From assembly GCA_049324355.1 (NCBI GenBank), contig JBMOKS010000511.1, positions 1 through 59,170 of the forward strand: a stretch of 59,170 bases of DNA, in the 5' to 3' direction. The notes under the pieces were generated by a model. The model was given only the letters and a program-made list of their open reading frames with translations, made no database searches and was not told where the DNA came from. Positions 9,578 through 18,328 of this stretch are shown here, piece after piece. The position numbers and the translations under genes were made by a program. The first letter of the stretch is position 1. Each line of letters opens with the position of its first letter. Origin of the DNA: Bacteroidota bacterium (GTDB lineage Bacteria; Bacteroidota; Bacteroidia; Cytophagales; Cyclobacteriaceae).

Positions 9578-10969
9578 CTAGATCAGACGATAAACGCCGT
9601 CTGACACCTTCTTATACCGGCGCTTCAAGCCCGGCATTTTTTCCCAGAACGCATCCATCACATGGTTAGGGTCTACAATCACCTGTGGCATATCTTTCCT
9701 GAAGGCTTCGTATACCTCTGTGATGTTATCATAGTACTCAGGGTGTTCGAAAATGTCTCTAGACAGATCCCAATTCAGAAATTTTGTAGCAAGGCTATTT
9801 TCCGCATAAAGACTAAGGTCGTTTTCCAGTACCAGAATTTTTTTATTGGAGATCGCCTGATTCTCAGTTTTTACAAACATCCTTTCATAATTGATGGATT
9901 CTAGTTTGCCATACCGAGCCAGATAGCTAGTGGTCACCACGCCCAGGAGGAAAAGCCAAAGGTTGATCTCTGCAAATTTTTTTCTGCGAATCATCAACAA
10001 GAAATGCGTAAAAAAGAAACTGAAGCAGGGAATAAAAACGATCAGATTTTGAGGCCGCTGATCTTTGGCGAGAAGAATATACAAGAATGAAAAGCCGGTC
10101 CATAATACAACCGACTGCAGTAACTGTGATTGGTACTTGCTGAATCTTGCTTCACGGTTGAGCATGAACAGCGAGACAGCGAGATAAATGATCGGTAACA
10201 ACGTTAAAATAAACAACCCTTTACCCGACATCAACGCTTCGCGGTTAAAACCAAGGTTGGCCAGATAGTAGTAGTTCCAGAATTTTTCGAGTGTGCCGTT
10301 GAGGTAATAGATACATATCAAGATCAGGTGAGGCAATAAAAAGCCGAATATCGCAAGCAGGTATTTTCTACCCGAGGTGCGTGTATAAACTAATAGAATT
10401 ACAATACTGGCAGCCAGGTAAACGCTGAAGGCGAAGTTGCACAGGGAAGCCATGCTTATAAAAACGCCAAGGTTAAATATTGTCTCGTCGCGTTGCACCC
10501 TGAACTCGATTTCTTTAAAAAGATTATCGAGTGCCAGCAGCAGGAACCCCGATCCCATCAAGTCGCTGCTCAGCGTCCAGGTATCGAACGAGAAGAGAAA
10601 TAATACGGAAAATATCAAGGAAGGTATGAATGTGTTTTCGCCGAATACCTTTTTGTCAATGAACATGATGCCCAGGTAGGCGCTTTGAAAAAATATAATG
10701 AGCACACCCATGATGTGCCGGGCCACCAGCGATCTGCCGAACAAGAATTCTATGACCGAATCTACCCACATGGACACAGGGCCTGTGTGGTCTGCCACGC
10801 GTGTGTGCGGCAGGCTGCCAAGACTTACTTTTTCGCCGATGATCATCGACTTGAGTTCGGGGTAGGTTAAAGAAGGTGAATCCAGCAACAATGGGAGATA
10901 GATTATGACTGTGATCACCAGCACACCAACCAGTCGATAGGGATCATTTATTCGAAAATAGCGCAGCAA
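9578..10969 (-). CDS. Multi-pass membrane protein (DUF6427-like, GT-C/PMT-like fold suspected)
   Basis: Many TM segments, DHTGP loop motif, soluble C-terminal region; family assignment by recall. Confidence 0.6.
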   Translation of the reverse strand: MLRYFRINDPYRLVGVLVITVIIYLPLLLDSPSLTYPELKSMIIGEKVSLGSLPHTRVADHTGPVSMWVDSVIEFLFGRSLVARHIMGVLIIFFQSAYLGIMFIDKKVFGENTFIPSLIFSVLFLFSFDTWTLSSDLMGSGFLLLALDNLFKEIEFRVQRDETIFNLGVFISMASLCNFAFSVYLAASIVILLVYTRTSGRKYLLAIFGFLLPHLILICIYYLNGTLEKFWNYYYLANLGFNREALMSGKGLFILTLLPIIYLAVSLFMLNREARFSKYQSQLLQSVVLWTGFSFLYILLAKDQRPQNLIVFIPCFSFFFTHFLLMIRRKKFAEINLWLFLLGVVTTSYLARYGKLESINYERMFVKTENQAISNKKILVLENDLSLYAENSLATKFLNWDLSRDIFEHPEYYDNITEVYEAFRKDMPQVIVDPNHVMDAFWEKMPGLKRRYKKVSDGVYRLI

Positions 10970-11085
10970 TGGGTAATTGTTTGTTCGACAGAAAAATAGA
11001 CAGTAATTCCAAAGGTTTAAAATGAATCAATTGTTTTTTGCTAATGTTTAATAGTTCGTATCAAATTGTTGAGGATATTTGTTCT

Positions 11086-11457
11086 ATGGCAGGTTCAACG
11101 AGACAACAAAAATTCAGCCGGCTGATCCAGAAAGAATTAAGCGATGTTTTTCAGCGCGATAAACGTGGCGTTTTGGGCAACGCTTTTATTACCATTGCCG
11201 ATGTTAAAATGAGCACGGACCTGAGTGTGGCGAAGATTTACATCAGTATGATGCTGGCGAAAGACAAAGAAAAAGTTCTGGAGAGGCTTAATGTCCACAA
11301 GAAAGATATCCGGAAAGCCTTAGGCGAAAAGATCGGCAAACAAGTGCGCATCATTCCCGAACTCATTTTTATCATCGATGAGGTGGAAGAAAAAGCACAG
11401 CGCCTGGAAGACTTGATCAAAAACCTGAACATCCCGCCGTCGCCTAAAAAAGAATAA
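11086..11457 (+). CDS. rbfA: Ribosome-binding factor A
   Basis: RQQKFSRLIQKELS, DLSVAKIYIS and RIIPELIF..D motifs; start at MAGSTR. Confidence 0.93.
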   Translation: MAGSTRQQKFSRLIQKELSDVFQRDKRGVLGNAFITIADVKMSTDLSVAKIYISMMLAKDKEKVLERLNVHKKDIRKALGEKIGKQVRIIPELIFIIDEVEEKAQRLEDLIKNLNIPPSPKKE

Positions 11458-11480
11458 GCCCTCAAAAATCCGTTACCATT

Positions 11481-12707
11481 TTGAAACTACCTTTCTTCAT
11501 CGCCAAACGTTACCTGTTTTCCAAGCGAAAGAAGAATTTTATCAATATCATTTCCTCGCTGTCGATGCTGGCAGTGGCTTTTAGCACGGCGGCGCTTATC
11601 ATCGTACTTTCGGTTTTCAATGGACTTGAAGAGTTGCTGCGGTCGCTGAATAATTCGTTTGACCCGGAGATCAAAATTGAAGCGGCTGAGGGAAAATCGT
11701 TTCGCGCCACGCCGTCACTGTTGGGCCAAGTGAAGCAAATAGAAGGTGTTTCACTGGTGACGGAGGTTATTGAAGACTATGCCTACGTGCGGTACCGCGA
11801 CGCCAACCAGGTGGTGACCATAAAAGGTGTGAGCGATAATTTTGTACAACAAAAGCGCATTCCGCAAGAGAATATTGTTGAAGGAGAGTTGAAGCTCAGA
11901 AAAAACGATGTGAACTACGCCATTGTGGGCCGTGGAATTCACTATACGCTATCGATTGTCACCAATGATCCCACTTATCCACTTCAGGTTTACTACATAA
12001 AAAATGTAAAAGCCGGAACCCTCGATCCGTCCAATCTTTATACGCGAAAGAGCATCCTGCCCGGTGGCGTATTTTCGATTGTTCAGAATCTGGATGACAA
12101 CTATGTCATTGTTCCGCTCGATTTCGCGCAGGACCTTCTTAATTACGGAGACAAGCGCACTTCACTTGAAATTAAAGTAGCCGATGGGGCCGACATGTCA
12201 ATCGTCGAAAAAAGCCTTGAAAAAATGCTGGGAGATCAATTCCGGGTGCTTAATCCGGAAGAACAGCATATGGACCTATACCGGCTGCTGAAGATGGAGA
12301 AACTTTTCACTTTCCTGGCGCTTACGCTATTGCTGGTGATCAGTTCGATCAACATTTTTTTCAGCCTAATGATGTTGGCTCTAGACAAAAAGCGCGATAT
12401 CTCCATTTTGGCCGCGATGGGGGCAAGCCCCCTGGTAATTCAAAGGATTTTCCTCGCAGAGGGGGCTTTGATAGCGTTTTTAGGGGCGTTTTTAGGTCTT
12501 TTGTTAGGGGGGCTTTTTTGTTTTATACAAATGAACTTTGGAGTGATTTCTATGGGAATGGAGACATCGGTTACGCAGGGATACCCCATCCAGGTTAAGC
12601 CCATGGATTTCATCTACATCCTCCTGGTGGTTTCCACCATTACTTTTCTAATGTCGTTCAGGCCGGCTGTAATGGCAGCGCGCTTTGCATCGGTCCGGAA
12701 CCTGTAA
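11481..12707 (+). CDS. FtsX-like ABC permease (LolC/E family)
   Basis: FIAKRYL, LIIVLSVFNG, MacB-like periplasmic domain, KKRDISIL.AMGA and IFLAEG motifs. Confidence 0.88.
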   Translation: MKLPFFIAKRYLFSKRKKNFINIISSLSMLAVAFSTAALIIVLSVFNGLEELLRSLNNSFDPEIKIEAAEGKSFRATPSLLGQVKQIEGVSLVTEVIEDYAYVRYRDANQVVTIKGVSDNFVQQKRIPQENIVEGELKLRKNDVNYAIVGRGIHYTLSIVTNDPTYPLQVYYIKNVKAGTLDPSNLYTRKSILPGGVFSIVQNLDDNYVIVPLDFAQDLLNYGDKRTSLEIKVADGADMSIVEKSLEKMLGDQFRVLNPEEQHMDLYRLLKMEKLFTFLALTLLLVISSINIFFSLMMLALDKKRDISILAAMGASPLVIQRIFLAEGALIAFLGAFLGLLLGGLFCFIQMNFGVISMGMETSVTQGYPIQVKPMDFIYILLVVSTITFLMSFRPAVMAARFASVRNL

Positions 12708-12802
12708 GATTCATGTACCATATCGGTTAAAAAAAGACAGTTTTTTATGCCTAAGAATCTGTAACTTAGAGGTTCTGTTTCTTATAAAAAGGCCACTTTT
12801 GC

Positions 12803-15745
12803 ATGAAAGTATCTGCCTCACAGCCGTTTCAGATTGTCTATTCGCTCTATCAGCACGAATACCTCGGCTTCATATTCGAGGCCTACATTGTGCATTTGGA
12901 TGATAAGGGAAAACTAACCTACCAGCATCAGAATATCTCGTCTAAAAACGCGCGGGAATTTTCAAAAGGATTAGACGACCGCGATTTCGAACTCATTGAG
13001 ATCATGGACTCCATGCAGCAAGACACGATCGTGAAGAAATTTTCGCCCAAACTGATCAAGCCCGAAGAATTTTTCGCCAAAACCTACGATAAAGCCAAAG
13101 GCAACGAACTGGTGCAGGAGCAGATTGAAGATTATATGGAAAAGCGCCGTGCCCGCGTGCTTGAAAAGTTGAAAGGCAAGTGGCTTTTTGAAATGGGAAA
13201 TGATGGTGAACCAACCTGGCGAAAGATCGAAGTGCTTGACAAACGCGCTACGATCCAGTTTCACTTCATGCGCAACAACGATCACACGAATTATTACCCC
13301 ACCGTATTTCATCAGGGCAGAAAGTTGGATCTGCCCAATCCATCGGCTTACCTGATCTGCAAAAACCCGGCGTGGATGGTGCTCGACGGAAAACTTTATG
13401 GCTTTGAGAAATACGTGGATGGCAAAAAGCTGATCCCTTTCCTCAGCAAAAAATTTGTGGTGATTCCTAAAAACGTCGAAGAAACCTACTACAATCGCTT
13501 CGTTGCACCATTGATCGCATCATTTGACGATGTGGAGGCCAGTGGGTTCGAGATCAATAAAAATCAATACGATCCACATCCAATTCTGACCCTGTCGGAA
13601 TTGCATACCACCCAGCCTGCCACGGCACCATCCTTGTTCGAGTCTGGCCCGCCGCCCGAAGACACAAGCGACGAAGTGGGTAAGATAGTTTTCGATCTAT
13701 CATTCAAATATGGTAAGCATCGTTTTCGTGGCGACAACATCGGGCCGGTAAGTGTTACCGTAGAAAAACGCGACGATGGTTATGTTTTTCACCGCGTGAT
13801 GCGCAAGACAGAGGAAGAAAAGAATTTCCTTCACACCCTTCAGAAACTGGGACTCCCCATGAAGGGGTTCCGTGTGGCGATACCGAAGTCAGAAGCGTTT
13901 TCGTGGCTGAATGAAAACCGCGTAAACCTGTTAAACTTTGGGTTCGAGGTGAGTCAGCCTGAGAGCCGTGATAAAAAATATTTTGTCGGCAAGGCCGTCA
14001 TCGAAGTAGAAGTTAAAGAGAATATCGATTGGTTTGACATCCATGCCAAGATCAGGTTCGGTGAATTTGAAATTCCCTTCAAAGAACTGCGCAAACTGAT
14101 TTTGCGGAAGAAAGTTGAATTCAAACTTCCTAACGGCGAGATCGCCATCATTCCAGAAGTGTGGCTCACAAAATATGCAGACCTTTTTGCCTTGAGCGAA
14201 ACCGAAGGCCAGGCCGAAAAGCCAGTGCTGCGCAAGCATCACCTTAATCTGGTGAAGGAACTTGAGGAAGGCAACCTGGCCAAAGTACATCTGAGCGAAA
14301 AATTGCGCTCGCTCAGCTCATTCAGTGGCATTAAAAATTATCCGGTGCCCGCGGGTTTCAAAGGAGAACTGAGGCCGTACCAGAAAGCCGGATACAACTG
14401 GTTGAGATTCTTAAATGAATATAAACTTGGCGGCTGTCTCGCGGATGACATGGGTTTGGGTAAAACTGTGCAGACCCTTACCATGCTGCAGGCCGAAAAG
14501 GATTCCGGTGCGGGCACATCGCTGCTCATCATGCCTACCTCCCTTATTTACAACTGGGAGATGGAGGCCAGTAAGTTCACTCCCGATCTTAAGATATTGA
14601 ACTATACCGGTACGCTCCGCAATAAAGACATTACACGATTTGAGAAATACGACCTGGTGCTTACGTCTTATGGTATTACCAGACTGGATGTAGAACTCTT
14701 ACAGAAGTTTTACTTCAACTACATCATTCTCGACGAATCGCAGGTGATAAAAAATCCAACATCGAATATCGCGAAGGCTGTGCGGGAATTGAAATCGCGC
14801 CATAAGCTTGTGCTTACGGGCACACCGATCGAGAACACAACGCTCGATCTCTGGTCGCAAATGTCATTTATCAACCCAGGAATACTGGGCTCTCAGACTT
14901 ATTTCCGGAACGAGTACCAGAATCCGATCGAGAAGAGGGCGGATGAAGCGCGGTCGAAAAAGCTTGGAGCGGTCATCAAACCGTTTATCCTGCGTCGGCA
15001 TAAATCCCAGGTGGCTACAGAGCTTCCCGAAAAGGTGGAACACATCCAATATTCTGAGATGACCCTCGAGCAGGAGAAACGATACGAAGAGGTGAAGTCG
15101 CAGTATCGTGAAAAAATTTTCAAACTTATTGAACAGGAGGGTTTGGGCAACAGCCGATTCCTCATTCTCGAAGGCCTTACAAAGCTGAGGCAACTTGCAA
15201 ACCATCCGCGTATGATCGAGCAGGGTTACTCCGGCGACTCCGGCAAGCTTGAAGATATTACGCACATGCTCGAGAATGCAATCGCCGAGGGCCACAAGGT
15301 TTTGGTGTTTAGCCAATTTGTGAAACACCTCGATCTTGTAAAACAATATCTGAAATCCAATAAAATCGACTTCGCCTATCTCGATGGGTCGAGCGTCGAC
15401 CGCAAAGAACAAGTGGAGCGATTCAATAAAGATCCGAAGCTGAAAGTGTTTTTGATCTCCATCAAAGCAGGAGGCCTGGGATTGAATTTAACAGAAGCCG
15501 ACTACGTGTTCATTTTGGATCCATGGTGGAACCCGGCCGTTGAAGCCCAGGCGGTTGACCGGGCGCATCGCATCGGCCAAAAGAACAAAGTGTTCACGTA
15601 CAAATTTATTACGCGTAATTCCGTCGAGGAAAAGATCCTCATGCTTCAGCAAAAGAAATTGAGGCTCACATCTGAGCTGATCACAACGGAGGAAAGTTTT
15701 ATGAAGCAACTGACAAAGGAAGATATAGCGCAAATGCTGGCGTAG
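12803..15745 (+). CDS. SNF2-family helicase/translocase
   Basis: LRPYQ, LADDMGLGKT, DESQ, LTGTPIEN, LRQLANHP, GGLGLNLT and QAVDRAHRIGQ motifs. Confidence 0.95.
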   Translation: MKVSASQPFQIVYSLYQHEYLGFIFEAYIVHLDDKGKLTYQHQNISSKNAREFSKGLDDRDFELIEIMDSMQQDTIVKKFSPKLIKPEEFFAKTYDKAKGNELVQEQIEDYMEKRRARVLEKLKGKWLFEMGNDGEPTWRKIEVLDKRATIQFHFMRNNDHTNYYPTVFHQGRKLDLPNPSAYLICKNPAWMVLDGKLYGFEKYVDGKKLIPFLSKKFVVIPKNVEETYYNRFVAPLIASFDDVEASGFEINKNQYDPHPILTLSELHTTQPATAPSLFESGPPPEDTSDEVGKIVFDLSFKYGKHRFRGDNIGPVSVTVEKRDDGYVFHRVMRKTEEEKNFLHTLQKLGLPMKGFRVAIPKSEAFSWLNENRVNLLNFGFEVSQPESRDKKYFVGKAVIEVEVKENIDWFDIHAKIRFGEFEIPFKELRKLILRKKVEFKLPNGEIAIIPEVWLTKYADLFALSETEGQAEKPVLRKHHLNLVKELEEGNLAKVHLSEKLRSLSSFSGIKNYPVPAGFKGELRPYQKAGYNWLRFLNEYKLGGCLADDMGLGKTVQTLTMLQAEKDSGAGTSLLIMPTSLIYNWEMEASKFTPDLKILNYTGTLRNKDITRFEKYDLVLTSYGITRLDVELLQKFYFNYIILDESQVIKNPTSNIAKAVRELKSRHKLVLTGTPIENTTLDLWSQMSFINPGILGSQTYFRNEYQNPIEKRADEARSKKLGAVIKPFILRRHKSQVATELPEKVEHIQYSEMTLEQEKRYEEVKSQYREKIFKLIEQEGLGNSRFLILEGLTKLRQLANHPRMIEQGYSGDSGKLEDITHMLENAIAEGHKVLVFSQFVKHLDLVKQYLKSNKIDFAYLDGSSVDRKEQVERFNKDPKLKVFLISIKAGGLGLNLTEADYVFILDPWWNPAVEAQAVDRAHRIGQKNKVFTYKFITRNSVEEKILMLQQKKLRLTSELITTEESFMKQLTKEDIAQMLA

Positions 15746-15764
15746 GACGTAAAATGTTACGTAC

Positions 15765-16619
15765 CTACGCCTGCTCAAGGTGTCTTTTTTTCCAGCGATT
15801 GTGTGACCATAACCATCCGGAAGGATTTTCGCGGATCATTTCTTCCACTACCCGTACATAGTTTTCGATCACAACGTCCTTGTTTTTCTCATAAGGCGGC
15901 GTGGCAACGATCTCAGGGTAAGCTTCGTAGTACCCGCGCTTGATGCGCTTCATTTTGTAATAGATCACGGGTCCTTGCGACAGGATGGCCAGCTGATTGG
16001 TTCCATAGAAGAATACCGTTTCCTGATTGAGGAATTGGGTGAAGTACTTTTTGTCTTGCGTGTATCCCGGATACTGATCGGCCACGGTGCAAATGGCCCT
16101 TGCCAAATTTCTGCGCTTCACCATTTCACGCCCCACTTCATCGCGTTTGATCGGGAAGGCCCCAAATCGGGTGCGGCACGCTTGTGACACGTCTTCAAAA
16201 AACTTACTGTTCACCGATTGATAAACAAAATCTAACGGAACGGGATAGTCGGCCGAGGCAGAAACCAATAACCATTCCCAGTTAAACTGGTGCGAGGCCA
16301 GCACCACAAAAGATCTGTTCTGACGTGCGATCCCTGCGGGCAGGTCCATATTTTTCAAAACCATTCTGCGCAGCAACTCGGCTCTCGAGATGGTGAGCAG
16401 CTTGAGCGTTTCCACGGCGTAGTCGCACAGGTTTTTGAAAAAACCTTTTTCGATCAGACTTAGCTCTGCGGGCGATTTTTCGGGAAAAGCATTTCTTAAA
16501 TTTTTCTGCACCATCTTCCTGCGGTACCGCACCACATAAAAGCTCCCGAAAAACAAGAAATCGGAGAACAGGTACAGGACGGGTAGCGGCAGGTGGGATA
16601 TCAATCGCAGAAAAAACAT
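15765..16619 (-). CDS. Lipid A/lysophospholipid acyltransferase (LpxL/HtrB family)
   Basis: NLRNAFPE, SHQFNWE (H-x4-E), ADQ and W.WSH.RWK motifs. Confidence 0.9.
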   Translation of the reverse strand: MFFLRLISHLPLPVLYLFSDFLFFGSFYVVRYRRKMVQKNLRNAFPEKSPAELSLIEKGFFKNLCDYAVETLKLLTISRAELLRRMVLKNMDLPAGIARQNRSFVVLASHQFNWEWLLVSASADYPVPLDFVYQSVNSKFFEDVSQACRTRFGAFPIKRDEVGREMVKRRNLARAICTVADQYPGYTQDKKYFTQFLNQETVFFYGTNQLAILSQGPVIYYKMKRIKRGYYEAYPEIVATPPYEKNKDVVIENYVRVVEEMIRENPSGWLWSHNRWKKRHLEQA

Positions 16620-16659
16620 CTATCAAAAATGTTGGCGCAGCAAGTTAAGCAAGTATTAC

Positions 16660-16667
16660 TATTTTTG
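16660..16667 (+). promoter_or_regulatory. -7 promoter box (TATTTTTG) immediately before SDR start
   Basis: TAnnTTTG ending 5 nt before ATG 16673. Confidence 0.55.
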
Positions 16668-16672
16668 GCCCC

Positions 16673-17479
16673 ATGAAAGATAAAGTTGTTATTATCACCG
16701 GAGGTTCGTCGGGCATTGGCAAAGCCATGGCGGCCGAGTTCGGCGGCAAGGGTTCGCGAATACTGATCACTGGCAGAAACAAAGACGAACTCGACGCGAC
16801 GGTAGAAGAGCTTTCTAAGCAAGGAATAGCCGTTTGCGGATTTCAGGCCGACGTAAGCCGGGAATCTGACAATCTACGGATGGCACAGGAGGCAATGCAG
16901 CGGTACGGACGGATCGATGTGCTGATCAACAACGCAGGCATATCGATGCGAGCGCTTTTCGAAGAAGTCGACATTGAAGTCATCAAAAGGGTGATGGACA
17001 TTAATTTTTACGGCGTGCTTTACGCCACCAAACATTGCCTGCCCGAAATAAAAAAGAACAATGGCTCCATAGTAGGCATTTCATCAATAGCGGGTTATCG
17101 CGGCTTGCCTGGTCGCACGGGATATTCGGCCTCCAAGTTTGCACTCAATGGATTTTTAGAAGTGTTGCGAACTGAATTGCTGAAGACCGGCGTACACGTG
17201 CTCACCGCGTGCCCGGGCTTTACGGCCTCTAATATCAGAAAACGCTCTTTAACCAAGGACGGATCGTCGCAGGGAGAATCACCGCGAAACGAACAAAAGA
17301 TGATGACTGCCGAAGAATGCGCCCGTCATATTTACAATGCAACTTTGAACAGGAAACGCACGCTGATACTGACCACCCAGGGCAAGCTGGCGGTGTTCCT
17401 CAATAAATGGCTCCCTTCGTTGGCCGATAAAATGGTATACAATGTAATGGCCAAAGAAGTTAACGCTCCAATCAAATAA
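16673..17479 (+). CDS. SDR family oxidoreductase
   Basis: TGGSSGIG, NNAG and YSASK (YxxxK) motifs. Confidence 0.95.
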   Translation: MKDKVVIITGGSSGIGKAMAAEFGGKGSRILITGRNKDELDATVEELSKQGIAVCGFQADVSRESDNLRMAQEAMQRYGRIDVLINNAGISMRALFEEVDIEVIKRVMDINFYGVLYATKHCLPEIKKNNGSIVGISSIAGYRGLPGRTGYSASKFALNGFLEVLRTELLKTGVHVLTACPGFTASNIRKRSLTKDGSSQGESPRNEQKMMTAEECARHIYNATLNRKRTLILTTQGKLAVFLNKWLPSLADKMVYNVMAKEVNAPIK

Positions 17480-17481
17480 AA

Positions 17482-18060
17482 CTAAAGCTTCAGTTCGAGC
17501 CAGTTTGTAGTGGCAGTAGGCGTTGCTGCAGCTGGAAATTTAAAACCAAGTTGTTTGGGGTGACTTACTTCCACCATGATTTTGATGGTGGTGGTATCAA
17601 ACCTGCTTTTTCGAAGCTGAAATTCTTTGGCTTCATCCATATGAAATTTTCGTTCGGCGAGTTTGTCAATGCGCACGACATTGGCCACCCAGCGCTCGTT
17701 GTTCCACCAGGTCCATTCGCCATAATCGTTACCCGATAATTTTCGTTCGCCCAGCTGTGCTGACGCATGAAAGTTGATGAGATTGTTATCTACCAACATG
17801 TAAAAGTCAACTCCTCCTAGTGTTGGTTTTTTAAACAGGCCGCGCAGGCACCAATAAATGTTTTCCTTGTCCTGCATGATATAGAAATTCACCGAATCGC
17901 TCATCACAACGCGCTGTGCTTTAAACCACTCTGCGTCTTCGAAGCGTCCGTCGATCATCACGGAGGATGCCTTTATGGTGGGAACTTTCTGGGGAGAGCT
18001 TTGAGCGATTGAATCCGTGAAAAATAACACGAACGCAAATAGGATCATCAGGTTTTTCAT
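17482..18060 (-). CDS. Secreted hypothetical protein, CBM9/DOMON-like
   Basis: Signal peptide; IDGRFEDAEW..A resembles the CBM9-like IDG.L...W motif. Confidence 0.55.
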   Translation of the reverse strand: MKNLMILFAFVLFFTDSIAQSSPQKVPTIKASSVMIDGRFEDAEWFKAQRVVMSDSVNFYIMQDKENIYWCLRGLFKKPTLGGVDFYMLVDNNLINFHASAQLGERKLSGNDYGEWTWWNNERWVANVVRIDKLAERKFHMDEAKEFQLRKSRFDTTTIKIMVEVSHPKQLGFKFPAAATPTATTNWLELKL

Positions 18061-18160
18061 AGCTTGGGTTGTGAGCTACAATGATAGTGCAAACCGGAAC
18101 GAACCGATGAAAAGAGAAACGTGTTTCCGGCATACGAAACGAGTAGTTTGGGATTAACAG

Positions 18161-18325
18161 AAGGCAGAAAGCGAAAAAGCCTAAAGCGAAAAAGCATTTG
18201 ACTTTTCACCTTAGACTTTCATCTTTTTGCTTTTTGCTTTGAGCTTTTTGCGCTTTCTGCTTTGAGCTTTTTGCGCTTTTTGCTTTGAGCTTTTTGCGCT
18301 TTCTGCTTTTAGCTTTACGCTTTGC
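18161..18325. repeat. GCTTT-core short tandem repeat array (7/7/9-nt units forming a 23-nt higher-order unit x3) with an inverted AAAGC arm
   Basis: 18229-18325: gcttttt gctttga gctttttgc | gctttct gctttga gctttttgc | gcttttt gctttga gctttttgc | gctttct gctttta gctttac gctttgc. 18161-18195 holds reverse-complement units (agaaagc gaaaaagc ctaaagc gaaaaagc). Confidence 0.9.
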
Positions 18326-18328
18326 CCA

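Noticed and set aside
12803-15745. SNF2 helicase as part of an anti-phage system
   Set aside because: No methylase, nuclease or other defence partners nearby; it sits among housekeeping genes.
18093-18150. Hammerhead-like CCGATGA...CGAAAC...GTTT
   Set aside because: Core reads CCGAUGA rather than CUGAUGA, stem II lacks the closing G-C pair, and no stem I can form.
18229-18325. CRISPR array
   Set aside because: Units are contiguous with no unique spacers, and no cas genes are present.
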